Source: a virus
Taxonomy: Duplodnaviria; Caudoviricetes
DNA: 49,646 nucleotides
Strand: one strand, 5' to 3'
IMG/VR virus record: IMGVR_UViG_3300005286_000490
Span: 1-49,646 of that record
A program made the position numbers and the translations under genes. This document shows, in pieces, positions 25,677 to 36,027 of this stretch. The notes under the pieces were generated by a model. That model made no database searches. It worked only from the letters and a program-made list of their open reading frames with translations, and was not told where the DNA came from. The first letter of the stretch is position 1; each line of letters opens with the position of its first letter.

Positions 25677-26135
25677 ATGTTCGACATTGACGCCCTGGAC
25701 GCCGCCGACACAGCCGACATGGAGGTGCTGGGCCCCGACGGCCGCCTCACCGGCTGGATCTGGACCTTCGCCGGCCCCGGCCATCCGCAGACGATCACCC
25801 AGTCCAATCGCATTGCGCGGGAACGTCTGCACGAGGACAGCCAAAAGGAGGCGGCTCGGGTGAACGGGCGGAAGTGGAAGCCGCCCGAAGAGACGGTCGA
25901 TCAGGTCCGCGCCAAGAACATCGAATTTGTGGTGGAGCGCCTGGTCGGCTGGCAAGGCGCGACCCGCGGCGGCAAGGAATTCCCGTACTCGCCGGAGAAC
26001 GCCCGCGAGATCCTTCAGGACCGCCGTAAGGCTGCGCTCCTGACCCAGGCTCTGGAATTCCTGGGGGAGGCCAGTTCTTTTACGCAGAGCTCGGCGACCA
26101 ACTCGCAGCCTTCGCCGAGCGACACTTCGAACTGA
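25677..26135 (+). CDS. Tail assembly chaperone (gpG-like)
   Basis: Between tail tube and tape measure. Confidence 0.78.
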   Translation: MFDIDALDAADTADMEVLGPDGRLTGWIWTFAGPGHPQTITQSNRIARERLHEDSQKEAARVNGRKWKPPEETVDQVRAKNIEFVVERLVGWQGATRGGKEFPYSPENAREILQDRRKAALLTQALEFLGEASSFTQSSATNSQPSPSDTSN

Positions 26136-26572
26136 ACCGCCTCGACGGGAGCCGGACCATCAAGGATCGGCTCCAGTCCATGCTCGAGCGGGCCGAGCGA
26201 AAGAACCACGCGCCCCGCATCGCCGAGCTGACCAAGAAGCTGGCCACACCGCCGTTCCCTCCGGCCCTGCACTACGTCTGGAAGGCGTTCTTTCGGATGC
26301 GTCGGCGGAAGGGCGCCGGGTTCTCTGGACCCGCACCTCTCGAATGGAGCGACTTCGACGCGTTCGTGCGTCGCTCCGGTCTCAACCTGTCGCCTTGGGA
26401 GGTCGAACTCCTGGAGCGCCTGGACGACCTCTATCTCGCCGCTCTGGCCGCTCAGAGCGAGCAGGACGCCAATCCCAACAATGCCGAGATGGCCGACATC
26501 GACAGCGTCAGAGACGTGCTGTCGCGCGGCCATGAACGCCGGATCGTCAAACGCGAAGGAGGTGCGCCATGA
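26075..26572 (+). CDS. Tail assembly chaperone gpT part, probably reached by -1 frameshift
   Basis: -1 frame open from TTCTTTT (26075-26081): YAELGDQLAAFAERHF...; VWKAF, LSPWEVELLERLD. Confidence 0.72.
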   Translation, partial: FFYAELGDQLAAFAERHFELNRLDGSRTIKDRLQSMLERAERKNHAPRIAELTKKLATPPFPPALHYVWKAFFRMRRRKGAGFSGPAPLEWSDFDAFVRRSGLNLSPWEVELLERLDDLYLAALAAQSEQDANPNNAEMADIDSVRDVLSRGHERRIVKREGGAP

Positions 26573-29500
26573 CCGACGTCGCCCACCTTCGCTACGACAT
26601 CGACAGCAGCCCGGCGCAGGACGCGGCCAACGACCTCGACCGCATGGCGGCGGCGTCCAAGAAGGCCGAGCAAGCGGCGCTGTCGATGTCAGGCGGTTCG
26701 CAACGTGCGGCCTCGGCCATGCAGCAGATGGCAGAGAGCGTCGCACGGGCGGATCGCGAGCTGATCGACATGGCGCGCTACGAGCGGGCGGCGGCCGTTG
26801 CGGCCGATCAGGCGGCGGCTTCTACCCGCTCTCTGGCGAGCGCCGCGAACCAAGTTTCACCGGCCCTTGCGAAGGCGAGCCGCGACGCCAAGGCGGCAGC
26901 CAGCCATTTCGATACCCTCTTCGACGCGGTGAACCACAACTTCGCCACCCAGTACGCCGCCCAGATGGGCGCCGTCGTGCGCGCCAACGACAACGGCGCG
27001 AAGTCGTCCAAGGGATTGTCGCTGGCCGCCCTCGACCTCTCGCGACAATTCGCGGACGTGGGCGTCACCGCGGCGATGGGCATGAACCCGCTGATGATCC
27101 TCCTCCAGCAGGGGCCGCAGATCGCTGATCGGCTCGCGCTGATGAAGATGGAGGGGATCGGCCTGTCGGCTGCCCTGCGCAGCATCGCTGTGTCCGCAGC
27201 GCCTGTCCTCGCCGTCTTGGCCCCCATCGCAGCCGTCGGCGGGGCCGTGTTCGGCCTTGCGGCGCTCGGCGCCCGCCAGTTGAACAAGGACAACGAGGAC
27301 CTCGTCGCCGGCCTCGGCCTGACTGAAAAGCAGCTCAAGAAGCTGAAGGATGAGGGCGTCGACACGGGCGTCACGATTGGCGACGTCTTCAAGGGGACCT
27401 TCAACTACATTCGCGACAGCATCGCGCCGTCGCTCGCGCCGCTGAGCAAGTGGTTCTCTGACCTGTTCGACCGCGTCGCGACCGGCGCGGTGGATGCGAC
27501 GAAGGCGATTGCTGGCGGGTTCGCGGGCGCCTTCGAGTACATCAAGACCGTCTGGGCGAACCTCCCGGCGGTCGTTGGTGATGCTGCGATTTCAGCCGCC
27601 AATGCGGTCCTGCGGACCATCGATCAGATGGTCAATTTCGCAATCGCCAAGATCAACAGTCTCATCGAGAAAGCGAACGCTGCTGCAGGCGCTGTCGGCT
27701 TGGACGCGCGCCTCCCGACCCTGGCATCTGGGTCGGTTGGCGAAATCGCGAACCCGTATGCGGGTCAGGCTGCAGCAACCTTTCAGACCGCCGATGCCGC
27801 TGCGCAGGCCGCAGCCAAACGCGCGGCCGCCGGCGTCGACAGCATCCTCGGAGGCTTGGGCAAGGCCATCATCGACGCGGCCAAGGACCGCATCCGGAAA
27901 GAATCGGGCGACGCCGGCAAGACCAAGAAGGGGCCCGCCACGCCTCGCGACATGTCCGACGAGCGCTCGGCGCAAATCGACGCCATGCTCGCCCAAGCCA
28001 AGGCCGAAGAACTGCGCGCGCAGCTGGACCTGACCGAGGATCTCCGCCGCCGCGCCGCTCTGGAGAAGGAAATTGGGGTCGCTCAGCTCGCGGCGAAGCA
28101 GGCCGGAATTGATCGCCAACTCGCCAATGTCGCCTACGATGTCGAGCGCAAGCGCCTGACGAAGGCGGCCGGCGACGAACTTGCCGCTCAATTGAACGCG
28201 GTGAAGGCAGTGAACCAGCGCGTCGCCGACCTGCAGGCGGACAAGATCGACCGCGATCTCCAGCGCGCCATGACCAAACAGGCGACCGAGATTGAGGCCA
28301 GCGCGCTTCAGAACCAGATCGACCTGCTGAGCGGCCAAGCCGACATCGCGCGTTTCGCGTCCGAGCGTGCCGTTCTGGATCAGAAGATCCTGGACCTCCA
28401 GCACCGCATCGAGCGCGCCAAGATCAAGGAGGTCATCGACACTACGGCTTCGGGCACCGCTGCGCATGAGACTGCCGTGGCGCAGATGGCCATTCGTGAC
28501 GAGGTCGAGGCGGCCGCCCGTGAAGGCCTGCGCCTGCGCATCCTGGCCAGCACGACCGGAGAGGCGGCCAGCGCCATCAGGGACGTAGCCGACGCGGTTC
28601 GTGACCATGACTGGGGCCGGGCCTTCACGTCGCTGATCAACGCCGTCGACCAGGCCATTGCGGCGTTCGCCACCGCAAAGACCGCGGCCGAACGGATGAC
28701 CGCGACAGGCTCGGTCTTTTCTGCTGCGGGCGGCGCCATTGGCGGGACAGCGGGCGGCATCCTGGGAGCCGTGGGGTCGGGCTTTTCAGCCGCGGGCGCG
28801 GCGGCTGGCATGGCGGGTAGCTTCGGCGCACTTGGTGGCGCCATCGCGGGGCTCGCTGGGCCGATCGGCATCGCTGTAGGCGGCCTCTCTCTGCTCAGCG
28901 GCATCTTCGGCAAAAACAAGGCCAAGGAGGAGGCGAAGAACAGGGAAGCGCTCGCCCGCGCGGAAGCAGAACTCGACCGCGTCCGCGAGGTCGCCGCCCA
29001 GAAGCGCGATCTCGAAATCCAGCTGATGGAGGCGACCGGCAACGCGGCTGGCGCCCTGGCTGCGCGTCGTCAGGACGAACTGCGCGCCCTGGACGCCAGC
29101 AACCGTGCCCTGCAGGAAGCCGTATGGGCCGCGCAGGACCTCGCCGAGGCCCGGCAGAAGGAAGTCGATGCGGCGCAGTCGCTCGTCGACGACGCCCATA
29201 GCCGGCTCTCGGAAGCCTACGAGCGCGAGGCAGGCGCCCTGCAGGACTATATCGACCGGTTCCAGTCCTGGTCGGACAGCCTGTCGAAGTTCCTGAAGGG
29301 CCTCTACAGCGGCCCGGCGGCGATGCTCTCGCCTGAGGAGCAGTATCGGGCGGCGAGGGCGGAGTTCGACCGCGTCTCGGCAGCGGCGGCGAGCGGCGAC
29401 GAGAACGCCATCCGCGACCTTGAGAGCGTCTCGCAGGCCTATCTTGACGCCTCCAAGGACTACTACGCCTCCTCGAAGGAGTATTTCCGCGACTTGGAGC

Positions 29501-30222
29501 GCGTGCGGTCCGCGGTCTCTGCGACCCAGAACTACGCAGCCGCTCAGGTCGACGTCGGCCAGGCGCAGCTGACCGCCTTGAACGCCTCCGTCGCCGGCAT
29601 TCTGAACGTCAACGCGAGCGTGCTCTCCGTGCGCGACGCCCTGGCCGCCTACCAGGCCGCGGTCCAGCAGCTCGCGGCGGCGCAGGCGGCTCAGAAGGCG
29701 GCGAACGACAACGCAGCCCCTGGCGGCGGCGCGTCACAGGCTCCCGACTGGGCCTCGTACATCAGCAAGAACACCGACGTCGCCAACGAGTACCTGCGCA
29801 ATATGAACTCGGCCAAGGGGCGGGATTATCTCGCCAGCCTTGGCATCAACTCGGTTCAAGACTTCGGCCGATGGCATTGGGAAACCTTCGGAAAAGCCGA
29901 AGGGCGCACGCCGTTCGCAGCCGGCGGGATCATGGATCGGCCCATCACGCTCGGCGAGAGCGGCATCGGCGCCGAGGCTGGCCCCGAGGGCATTCTCCCG
30001 CTGGCCAACGTCAACGGCAAGATGGGCGTGCATGCCGTCGGCGGCGGGGACGAGGAAGAAAAGGCCCTTCTTCGTACCCTCATCGCAAAGCAAGACGCGA
30101 TCATTGCGGAACTGCAGGCCGACAAGGTGCAGCGCACGGCGATGGCTGAGGAGCAAGCCAAGCAGTCCAAGAAGATGGACGACACTCTCGCTCAGGTCGG
30201 TCGCGGTCTGCGCGCGGCATGA
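26569..30222 (+). CDS. Tape measure protein
   Basis: 1217 aa, Ala-rich; GMNPLMILLQQGPQI; FAAGG...EAGPEGILPL. Confidence 0.93.
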   Translation: MTDVAHLRYDIDSSPAQDAANDLDRMAAASKKAEQAALSMSGGSQRAASAMQQMAESVARADRELIDMARYERAAAVAADQAAASTRSLASAANQVSPALAKASRDAKAAASHFDTLFDAVNHNFATQYAAQMGAVVRANDNGAKSSKGLSLAALDLSRQFADVGVTAAMGMNPLMILLQQGPQIADRLALMKMEGIGLSAALRSIAVSAAPVLAVLAPIAAVGGAVFGLAALGARQLNKDNEDLVAGLGLTEKQLKKLKDEGVDTGVTIGDVFKGTFNYIRDSIAPSLAPLSKWFSDLFDRVATGAVDATKAIAGGFAGAFEYIKTVWANLPAVVGDAAISAANAVLRTIDQMVNFAIAKINSLIEKANAAAGAVGLDARLPTLASGSVGEIANPYAGQAAATFQTADAAAQAAAKRAAAGVDSILGGLGKAIIDAAKDRIRKESGDAGKTKKGPATPRDMSDERSAQIDAMLAQAKAEELRAQLDLTEDLRRRAALEKEIGVAQLAAKQAGIDRQLANVAYDVERKRLTKAAGDELAAQLNAVKAVNQRVADLQADKIDRDLQRAMTKQATEIEASALQNQIDLLSGQADIARFASERAVLDQKILDLQHRIERAKIKEVIDTTASGTAAHETAVAQMAIRDEVEAAAREGLRLRILASTTGEAASAIRDVADAVRDHDWGRAFTSLINAVDQAIAAFATAKTAAERMTATGSVFSAAGGAIGGTAGGILGAVGSGFSAAGAAAGMAGSFGALGGAIAGLAGPIGIAVGGLSLLSGIFGKNKAKEEAKNREALARAEAELDRVREVAAQKRDLEIQLMEATGNAAGALAARRQDELRALDASNRALQEAVWAAQDLAEARQKEVDAAQSLVDDAHSRLSEAYEREAGALQDYIDRFQSWSDSLSKFLKGLYSGPAAMLSPEEQYRAARAEFDRVSAAAASGDENAIRDLESVSQAYLDASKDYYASSKEYFRDLERVRSAVSATQNYAAAQVDVGQAQLTALNASVAGILNVNASVLSVRDALAAYQAAVQQLAAAQAAQKAANDNAAPGGGASQAPDWASYISKNTDVANEYLRNMNSAKGRDYLASLGINSVQDFGRWHWETFGKAEGRTPFAAGGIMDRPITLGESGIGAEAGPEGILPLANVNGKMGVHAVGGGDEEEKALLRTLIAKQDAIIAELQADKVQRTAMAEEQAKQSKKMDDTLAQVGRGLRAA

Positions 30223-31739
30223 TCCTCATCGAAGTGACTGGCGCCGTTGATCAATACGGCACCGAGCGCACGTTCTATCTGTCGACCGAGCCGTTCCAGA
30301 CCGGGCCCGCGGACAGCCCTCCGCACACTGCCTTCGACGACCGCCTGGAGGACCCGGGCTATATCGGACAGTCCGCCTTCTCGGACGGCAAGACGGAGGG
30401 AGCGTCGAGCCTGCAGGTCGGCGAGATCGTCATCCTCAACGGCGACGGCGATTTCGACGACTGGAAGGACTACAGCTTCGAGGGCCGCCCGCTGCGTATC
30501 CGCCGCGGCTCTGGCGGCTCCTATCCCGGCGACTTCGAGAACATCTTCGCCGGCACCGTCGCCTCGGTCACCGTCACGCTCGACAAGGTCGTGGTCGCGA
30601 TCCGCGAGAAGATGGCGATCCTCGACGTCCCGGTGCTGACCACGAAGTACGCCGGAACGAACGTCGGACCGACCGGCCTTGAGGGCACGAGCGACGACCT
30701 GAAAGGCCGTGTCAAGCCAAGGGTTTACGGGCGGGTCTTCAACATCGCGCCGCCCTGCGTGAACACCTCGAAGCTGACGTTCCAGGTGTCAGATCGGGCG
30801 GTCGCGGCCATTGCGAAGGTCTATAACCGCGGCGTCGAACTGACCTTTGGCCTCGATCACGCGACCTCAGCGTTACTGACGGCGGCCACGATCGAAGACG
30901 GCATCTATGACACCTGCCTTGCCGAGGGGCTGTTCCGGCTCGGATCAATGCCGGCCGGGATCATCACCGCCGATGTTGATGAGCGTGCGACCGACGAGGA
31001 GATGACCGTCGCCGCGCTCATGCAGCGCCTGGCGCAGGACCTGGGACTGGCTGACGACGAGCTCGACGATCAGGTCTTCGCCGAACTGAACGCCGATGCG
31101 CCGTACGTCGCCGGCCTCTGGATAAGCGACGAGATGCACTTCCGAGAGGCCTTCGATGCTCTGGCCGGGTCCGTGGGCGCCTGGCACGGGTTCGATACGG
31201 CCGGCGTGTTCCGGGCCGAGCAGCTGAAGGCGCCGGGCGAACCCGACTTCGATATCCTGGAAGCCGAGGTTCTGCGCGGCTTCGAGCGTGGCGTCGCCGA
31301 CCGCGACGGCGTGCCGGTCTGGCGGGTCACCGTCCGCTATCGGAGGTTCTACGAGACCCAGACGACCGATCTGGCCGGCAGCGTCTCGGCCGAGCGGCGC
31401 GCCGCGCTCGCGGAGGAGTTCCGGTCGATCACCGTCGAGGACGAGACGGTGAAGCACCAGTTCAAGCAGGCCGGCGAGCTGATCGTCGAGACCTGCCTGA
31501 CCTCTGGGACCGACGCGGAGGCCGAGGCCCATCGGCTCCTCGCCCTCCACAAGGTTCGCCGCGACCTCTTCGACGTGCCGCTGGACGCCGAGGCGCTGGA
31601 CCAGGGGGCGATGCAAATCGGCGCGACCGGCCGGCTCACCCATAGCCGCTTCGGGCTCTCCGGCGGTCGCAACCTTCGCGTTCTCGGCCGCCGCCTCGAA
31701 CTGGGCCGCAATTCGATCCGCTTGAAGCTGTGGGGGTAG
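30219..31739 (+). CDS. Tail tip / baseplate hub-like protein
   Basis: Follows tape measure; DLKGRVKPRVYGRVFNI. Confidence 0.7.
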   Translation: MILIEVTGAVDQYGTERTFYLSTEPFQTGPADSPPHTAFDDRLEDPGYIGQSAFSDGKTEGASSLQVGEIVILNGDGDFDDWKDYSFEGRPLRIRRGSGGSYPGDFENIFAGTVASVTVTLDKVVVAIREKMAILDVPVLTTKYAGTNVGPTGLEGTSDDLKGRVKPRVYGRVFNIAPPCVNTSKLTFQVSDRAVAAIAKVYNRGVELTFGLDHATSALLTAATIEDGIYDTCLAEGLFRLGSMPAGIITADVDERATDEEMTVAALMQRLAQDLGLADDELDDQVFAELNADAPYVAGLWISDEMHFREAFDALAGSVGAWHGFDTAGVFRAEQLKAPGEPDFDILEAEVLRGFERGVADRDGVPVWRVTVRYRRFYETQTTDLAGSVSAERRAALAEEFRSITVEDETVKHQFKQAGELIVETCLTSGTDAEAEAHRLLALHKVRRDLFDVPLDAEALDQGAMQIGATGRLTHSRFGLSGGRNLRVLGRRLELGRNSIRLKLWG

Positions 31740-31742
31740 CCG

Positions 31743-32666
31743 ATGAGCCTTCTGCTGCTCTTCAACGGCGGAGACGCCGGCCCCGTCGTCACGCCTCCGA
31801 GCGAGATCACCGATCGTCCGTTCTTCGCCTGGAACAACATGGCGGATACGGCCAGCCTGAGCGGCGGTTCCTGGGTCGATACGCTGCCGTTGAACAACCT
31901 GAAGAACCGCAAGCAGGCGAGGGTGGCGCGGTCGACCTCGCTCGCGACGTCAGCGACGCGGTTCGTGATCGATCTGGGCGCCTCCGTCGTGTGGCGGGTG
32001 ATCGCCCTCGTCGCGCACAATCTCAGTCTCGACGGGCGCTGGAGGGTCACCGCCGGCAGCGATCCGGCCGTCTCGACGCCGACCTATGACAGCGGTTGGC
32101 TGGCGGCCTGGCCGAGCGTCTATGACAGCCTCGATCTCGAATGGGAGAGCGACAACTTCTGGACCGGGCAATACTCGGCCGAGGAGCGCCGCGGTCTCAA
32201 TCCGCACCTGATCCATCGGCCGCCGCAGCTGCGGTCAGAGCGCTACGTGCTCGTCGAGATCGACGATCCCCTGAACGTCGACTCCTTCATCCAGATCGGC
32301 CGGCTCTTCATCGCGAACGGCTGGAGTCCAAGCGCGCGGATCCTGGTCGGCGCTCAGTTCGGCCTGGAAGACGGCACCGGCGTGCAGGAGGCCTGGGGAG
32401 GTGCGGAGGTCTTCGACGTCAAGCGCCGGCGTCGGGTCGTGGACATCGAGATCGCGCCTCTCGACGACCGCGAAGCCTACGGCAAGGCCTTCGAGATGAT
32501 GCGCCAGGCCGGGATCAGCGGCGAGGTCCTGTTCATCTGGTCGGGCACGGACACCGAGCGGGCTCTGCAGCGGCAGTTCCTGGGCCGCATGCGTCGGCTC
32601 AACCCGATCCAGCACCCGTATCCCTTCCACCGGTCTGTCGCCTTCAACATCGGGGAACTCTTCTAG
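31743..32666 (+). CDS. Tail tip protein
   Basis: LSGGSWVDTLPLNNL, ALVAHNLS, IQIGRLF. Confidence 0.7.
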   Translation: MSLLLLFNGGDAGPVVTPPSEITDRPFFAWNNMADTASLSGGSWVDTLPLNNLKNRKQARVARSTSLATSATRFVIDLGASVVWRVIALVAHNLSLDGRWRVTAGSDPAVSTPTYDSGWLAAWPSVYDSLDLEWESDNFWTGQYSAEERRGLNPHLIHRPPQLRSERYVLVEIDDPLNVDSFIQIGRLFIANGWSPSARILVGAQFGLEDGTGVQEAWGGAEVFDVKRRRRVVDIEIAPLDDREAYGKAFEMMRQAGISGEVLFIWSGTDTERALQRQFLGRMRRLNPIQHPYPFHRSVAFNIGELF

Positions 32667-33620
32667 ATGGCATCAGTCACCTTCCCGCCTGACGTCGGGG
32701 GCGATGGCTCCACGGTTTCGGACGATGCGAACCCTCAGACCGGCCTAGCCAACGGCGGCCATCGCACGCGCTTTGTGCCGGCGCTCGGACAGCTGGTCGC
32801 CGTCGCGCAGTGGGTGGTCACCAAGGCGCAGGAAGTCGCGTCGCTCGCCCTGAACATCCTCAACGCCCCGGCGACGAGCGCAACGAGCCTTTCGTCTCTG
32901 ACGCTCGCGAACAGCGGGACGATCAGCTTCACGCTCGACCAGATGGACAAGGCCTTCATGGCCGGCATGACGGTCGGCTTCGCGCGTCAGTCCAATCCGC
33001 AGCAGCAGATGATCGTGGTTCTGGACACCTTCAACCCGGCGACGGGGCAGGGGACAGGCACGATCATCAGCGCCACCGCCACGGGCGGGCCCTACAGTGG
33101 CTGGAACGTGTTTCGGACGGCGTCAGGGGGCATCCCTGCGACGCGGTCATTCATGTTCAACTTCGGCGACAGCCTCATCGGCGCCGGGACGCTAGCAGCC
33201 GATATCGTGATCAATCTCGGACGCGCGGTCGCTGCCGACATCGCCGCCGGCGTCGACAACCTCAAGGCTGTCACCGCGAAGGCGCTGAAGGACGCGTTGA
33301 AGCCGCAGGAGCTGACCGACCAAGCCACGATCCAGTGGGACTGGGGCGTGCGCGACACTGCGAAGGTCACCCTCGGCGGCAACCGGACGCTGGGAAAGCC
33401 GACCAACTATCAGCTGGGCGACACCAAGTACCTGTTCGTACGCCAGGACACCACGGGCGGGCGCACGCTCGCGCTGCATGCCTGCTACCAGCCGGGCGCG
33501 AAGCCGCCGCTCTCGGTATCGACTGGCGCTGGAAAGCTGACCCTGGTGACAATTGTCTGCGTCGATGACGACGCAACGAACCCTGTCTTCAGGTACAGCT
33601 ACGATCTGGATGCTCCGTAA
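32667..33620 (+). CDS. Tail fibre-like protein
   Basis: GLANGGHRTRFVPAL; VTLGGNRTL...QDTTGGRTL. Confidence 0.7.
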   Translation: MASVTFPPDVGGDGSTVSDDANPQTGLANGGHRTRFVPALGQLVAVAQWVVTKAQEVASLALNILNAPATSATSLSSLTLANSGTISFTLDQMDKAFMAGMTVGFARQSNPQQQMIVVLDTFNPATGQGTGTIISATATGGPYSGWNVFRTASGGIPATRSFMFNFGDSLIGAGTLAADIVINLGRAVAADIAAGVDNLKAVTAKALKDALKPQELTDQATIQWDWGVRDTAKVTLGGNRTLGKPTNYQLGDTKYLFVRQDTTGGRTLALHACYQPGAKPPLSVSTGAGKLTLVTIVCVDDDATNPVFRYSYDLDAP

Positions 33621-34297
33621 TGCGCCCTTCCTACTTCATGGGAGCGGGCGCCATCTCAAGGGCCCAATTCGTCGGATCGACCTTCCAGTTCCTGACGAAT
33701 ACCTCGGGTTCGGTCCTCGTCTCCGCCACGCTTGAGCTGGGCACCATCGCTGGACTGCAGCCGGGCGACTTTGTGATGGTGTTCGTGCACGGCCAGCCTG
33801 GGTTCGCCTACGGCTCTATGAGCGGGTCGGGCTGGCAGCAGGACAACTACACTTGGTCCGGTGGCCAGCGAACGAGCGTTTATCATCGCCGCATCACTCA
33901 AGCGATCATCGACAACCCGCCATCGGTGAGCGGCGCTCACCTCGGCACCATCTTCATTGTGGCCTATCGCGGAATCGGAAAGGCGGTGCGTCAGAGCGTG
34001 ACCTCTGGCGGAGGCAACGCTGGAACACTCACCCTTCCAGGCTTCACGCCGGCGCCCGACTCCATCGGTGTGCTGAGCTATCTCGCGCGAATAGTGTCCT
34101 TCCCGTCGCTCGACTTCGCGCCGCCGCCCTCATGGATGACCAGAATTGTTCAGAGCGGTTCAGAGTTTCGTGGCGCGATAGCTGATGCCCTTGCAGCAAG
34201 CGACTATGTCGCTGAGAGCGCAATCACATGGACCAACCTCGGCACGTCGGTGACCCTCCGCGTCGGGCAGGTCTATGACCTGAGGCTCAACCCATGA
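33620..34297 (+). CDS. Beta-rich tail-associated protein
   Basis: Coupled; Ser/Thr/Gly-rich; LQPGDFVMV, IVAYRG. Confidence 0.6.
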   Translation: MRPSYFMGAGAISRAQFVGSTFQFLTNTSGSVLVSATLELGTIAGLQPGDFVMVFVHGQPGFAYGSMSGSGWQQDNYTWSGGQRTSVYHRRITQAIIDNPPSVSGAHLGTIFIVAYRGIGKAVRQSVTSGGGNAGTLTLPGFTPAPDSIGVLSYLARIVSFPSLDFAPPPSWMTRIVQSGSEFRGAIADALAASDYVAESAITWTNLGTSVTLRVGQVYDLRLNP

Positions 34298-34968
34298 ACC
34301 TCGCGCTCGTCACGAACGGCATCCCGTCGAAGGTGGGGGCAGCGGTCCTGATCGGTGAGGTCACCTACACGAAGGCCGATCTGGAAGCCTACAGTCCTGC
34401 CGAGCGCTCCGCCCTCGGCGTCGTCGAGTACCAGCCTGCAGGACCCGTTCCCGCCGGTCAGCGCGTCGTCTCGACCTACCTCGCGAGCCAGGACGGTGCG
34501 ATCGTCGAGAAGTACGTGCTGGAGCCGATCCCGCTCGAGGAACGCAAGGCCGTACTCCTGGCCGCCATCGACGCCGAGCGCGATCGCCGTCAGCAGCTCG
34601 ATCTCGTCTACGACTTCGGCGAGACGGTCGCGATCGACGATGGGTTGCAGGAGTCGCCCGCTGGAGTGAAGGCGCTCCAGATGCGCAAGACGGCCCCGAA
34701 CGATGACCAGCAGAACTGGGACGTCCTTCAAGGGCAAGCGCTGGCGGCCGTGGTCATGGGTCAGCATCAAACGGTGCTGCCGATGCGTGCCGAGGACAAC
34801 TTCAACATTCAGACGTCGGCGGAGCAGGTGCTGGCGGTGACCAGCGCGATGGTCCAGCGCAACGCGGCTATTCTCTTCCACGGCGGCGCTCTAAAGTCCC
34901 AGGTCCGCAACGCCACGACCGGCGCAGAACTTGACGCCATCAACATCAACATCGGCTGGCCCGGGTGA
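34294..34968 (+). CDS. DUF4376-like tail fibre assembly protein
   Basis: AIDAERDRR, RAEDN, LKSQVRNATTGAELDAI...GW. Confidence 0.7.
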   Translation: MNLALVTNGIPSKVGAAVLIGEVTYTKADLEAYSPAERSALGVVEYQPAGPVPAGQRVVSTYLASQDGAIVEKYVLEPIPLEERKAVLLAAIDAERDRRQQLDLVYDFGETVAIDDGLQESPAGVKALQMRKTAPNDDQQNWDVLQGQALAAVVMGQHQTVLPMRAEDNFNIQTSAEQVLAVTSAMVQRNAAILFHGGALKSQVRNATTGAELDAININIGWPG

Positions 34969-35342
34969 GCAGTTTCACGGAGGCCCTGTACGTCGAGGTC
35001 GAGCCTAGGGTCAGGGGCGTTCGATCCTATCGCGCGCTCGGCGGCTTCCGCTTCTACATCGGCTTCGTCGGCTCCTCGCTCTATGTCGAGGTACCGGACG
35101 GCGCGATCTTCGACGTCAGCTTTTCGGCATGGCTGCTGCGGATCCTGCCCTCGGGCTGGGCGCGCTGCCTCGTCCTACCCGCTGCGGTCCATGACCTTCT
35201 CCGCGTCGACCTGCGCTTCAACAAGCTCGATGGCGACGCGATCTTCCTCACCGCCATGAAGGCGACCAGGACGCCCTGGCCGCTGATGTGGATCGCTTTC
35301 TTCGGCGTCCTCTTCAACCGCAGCCGCACCGGCGCGGCCTGA
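34965..35342 (+). CDS. DUF1353-like protein
   Basis: EVPDGAIFD, AAVHDLL, DAIFLTAM. Confidence 0.7.
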   Translation: MSSFTEALYVEVEPRVRGVRSYRALGGFRFYIGFVGSSLYVEVPDGAIFDVSFSAWLLRILPSGWARCLVLPAAVHDLLRVDLRFNKLDGDAIFLTAMKATRTPWPLMWIAFFGVLFNRSRTGAA

Positions 35343-35411
35343 GCCTCACGACAACCTGACACCGCGCCAGGCCGCCGCCTGCGCTGTCCCCTGCACGGGA
35401 GATGAAGATTT

Positions 35412-36026
35412 ATGGCTATCGAAACCGCCACGCTCCCAGCCGCTGGCTCGAAGGTCCTCGTCGACCGGATGTCGCCGGACCGCCTCGCGCAGATCATCAA
35501 GCTCGCGATCGGCTCCGAGGGCGTTCTCGCGCTGATATCGGGCGGCGGCGGGAATGTGGACCCTGGCACGGTTCGCATCACGCTCGCCGGCGACGATGCG
35601 GCCGTTCTAGCGCTGCAGGGCATTGCGGCAAGTGGAGCGACGGAAGAGACCCTGAGCGAAGTCAAGGTCGCGCTCGAAACGCCGGTCGCTGAGCTTCCGC
35701 CGCAGCCTCTCCAGAAAACGACCGGACTTGCGGTGACAACCATCGCCAAGAACACCACTGGGGACACGCAGCTGGTCGCAGCCGTGAGCGGGCAAACGAC
35801 CCGCGTCCACCGGATGAAGTTCACCTGCGACGCCGCGAACCTCGTCACGATCAAGGTGGGCTCGACCGTAGTGGACAGGTTCCGCTTTCCGGCGAGCGGC
35901 GGGGCGGCGGTCCTCGAGTTCTCGTCGCGGCCTTGGTACGTGACCGGAGTCAACCAGGCGCTGACCATCAACTGCTCGACCACGGCAAACGTCGACGGTT
36001 CGGTCGAGACCGTCACGAGCGCCTGA
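35412..36026 (+). CDS. Hypothetical virion-associated protein
   Basis: QIIKLAIGSEG; beta-sandwich-like C-terminus. Confidence 0.65.
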   Translation: MAIETATLPAAGSKVLVDRMSPDRLAQIIKLAIGSEGVLALISGGGGNVDPGTVRITLAGDDAAVLALQGIAASGATEETLSEVKVALETPVAELPPQPLQKTTGLAVTTIAKNTTGDTQLVAAVSGQTTRVHRMKFTCDAANLVTIKVGSTVVDRFRFPASGGAAVLEFSSRPWYVTGVNQALTINCSTTANVDGSVETVTSA

Positions 36027-36027
36027 C

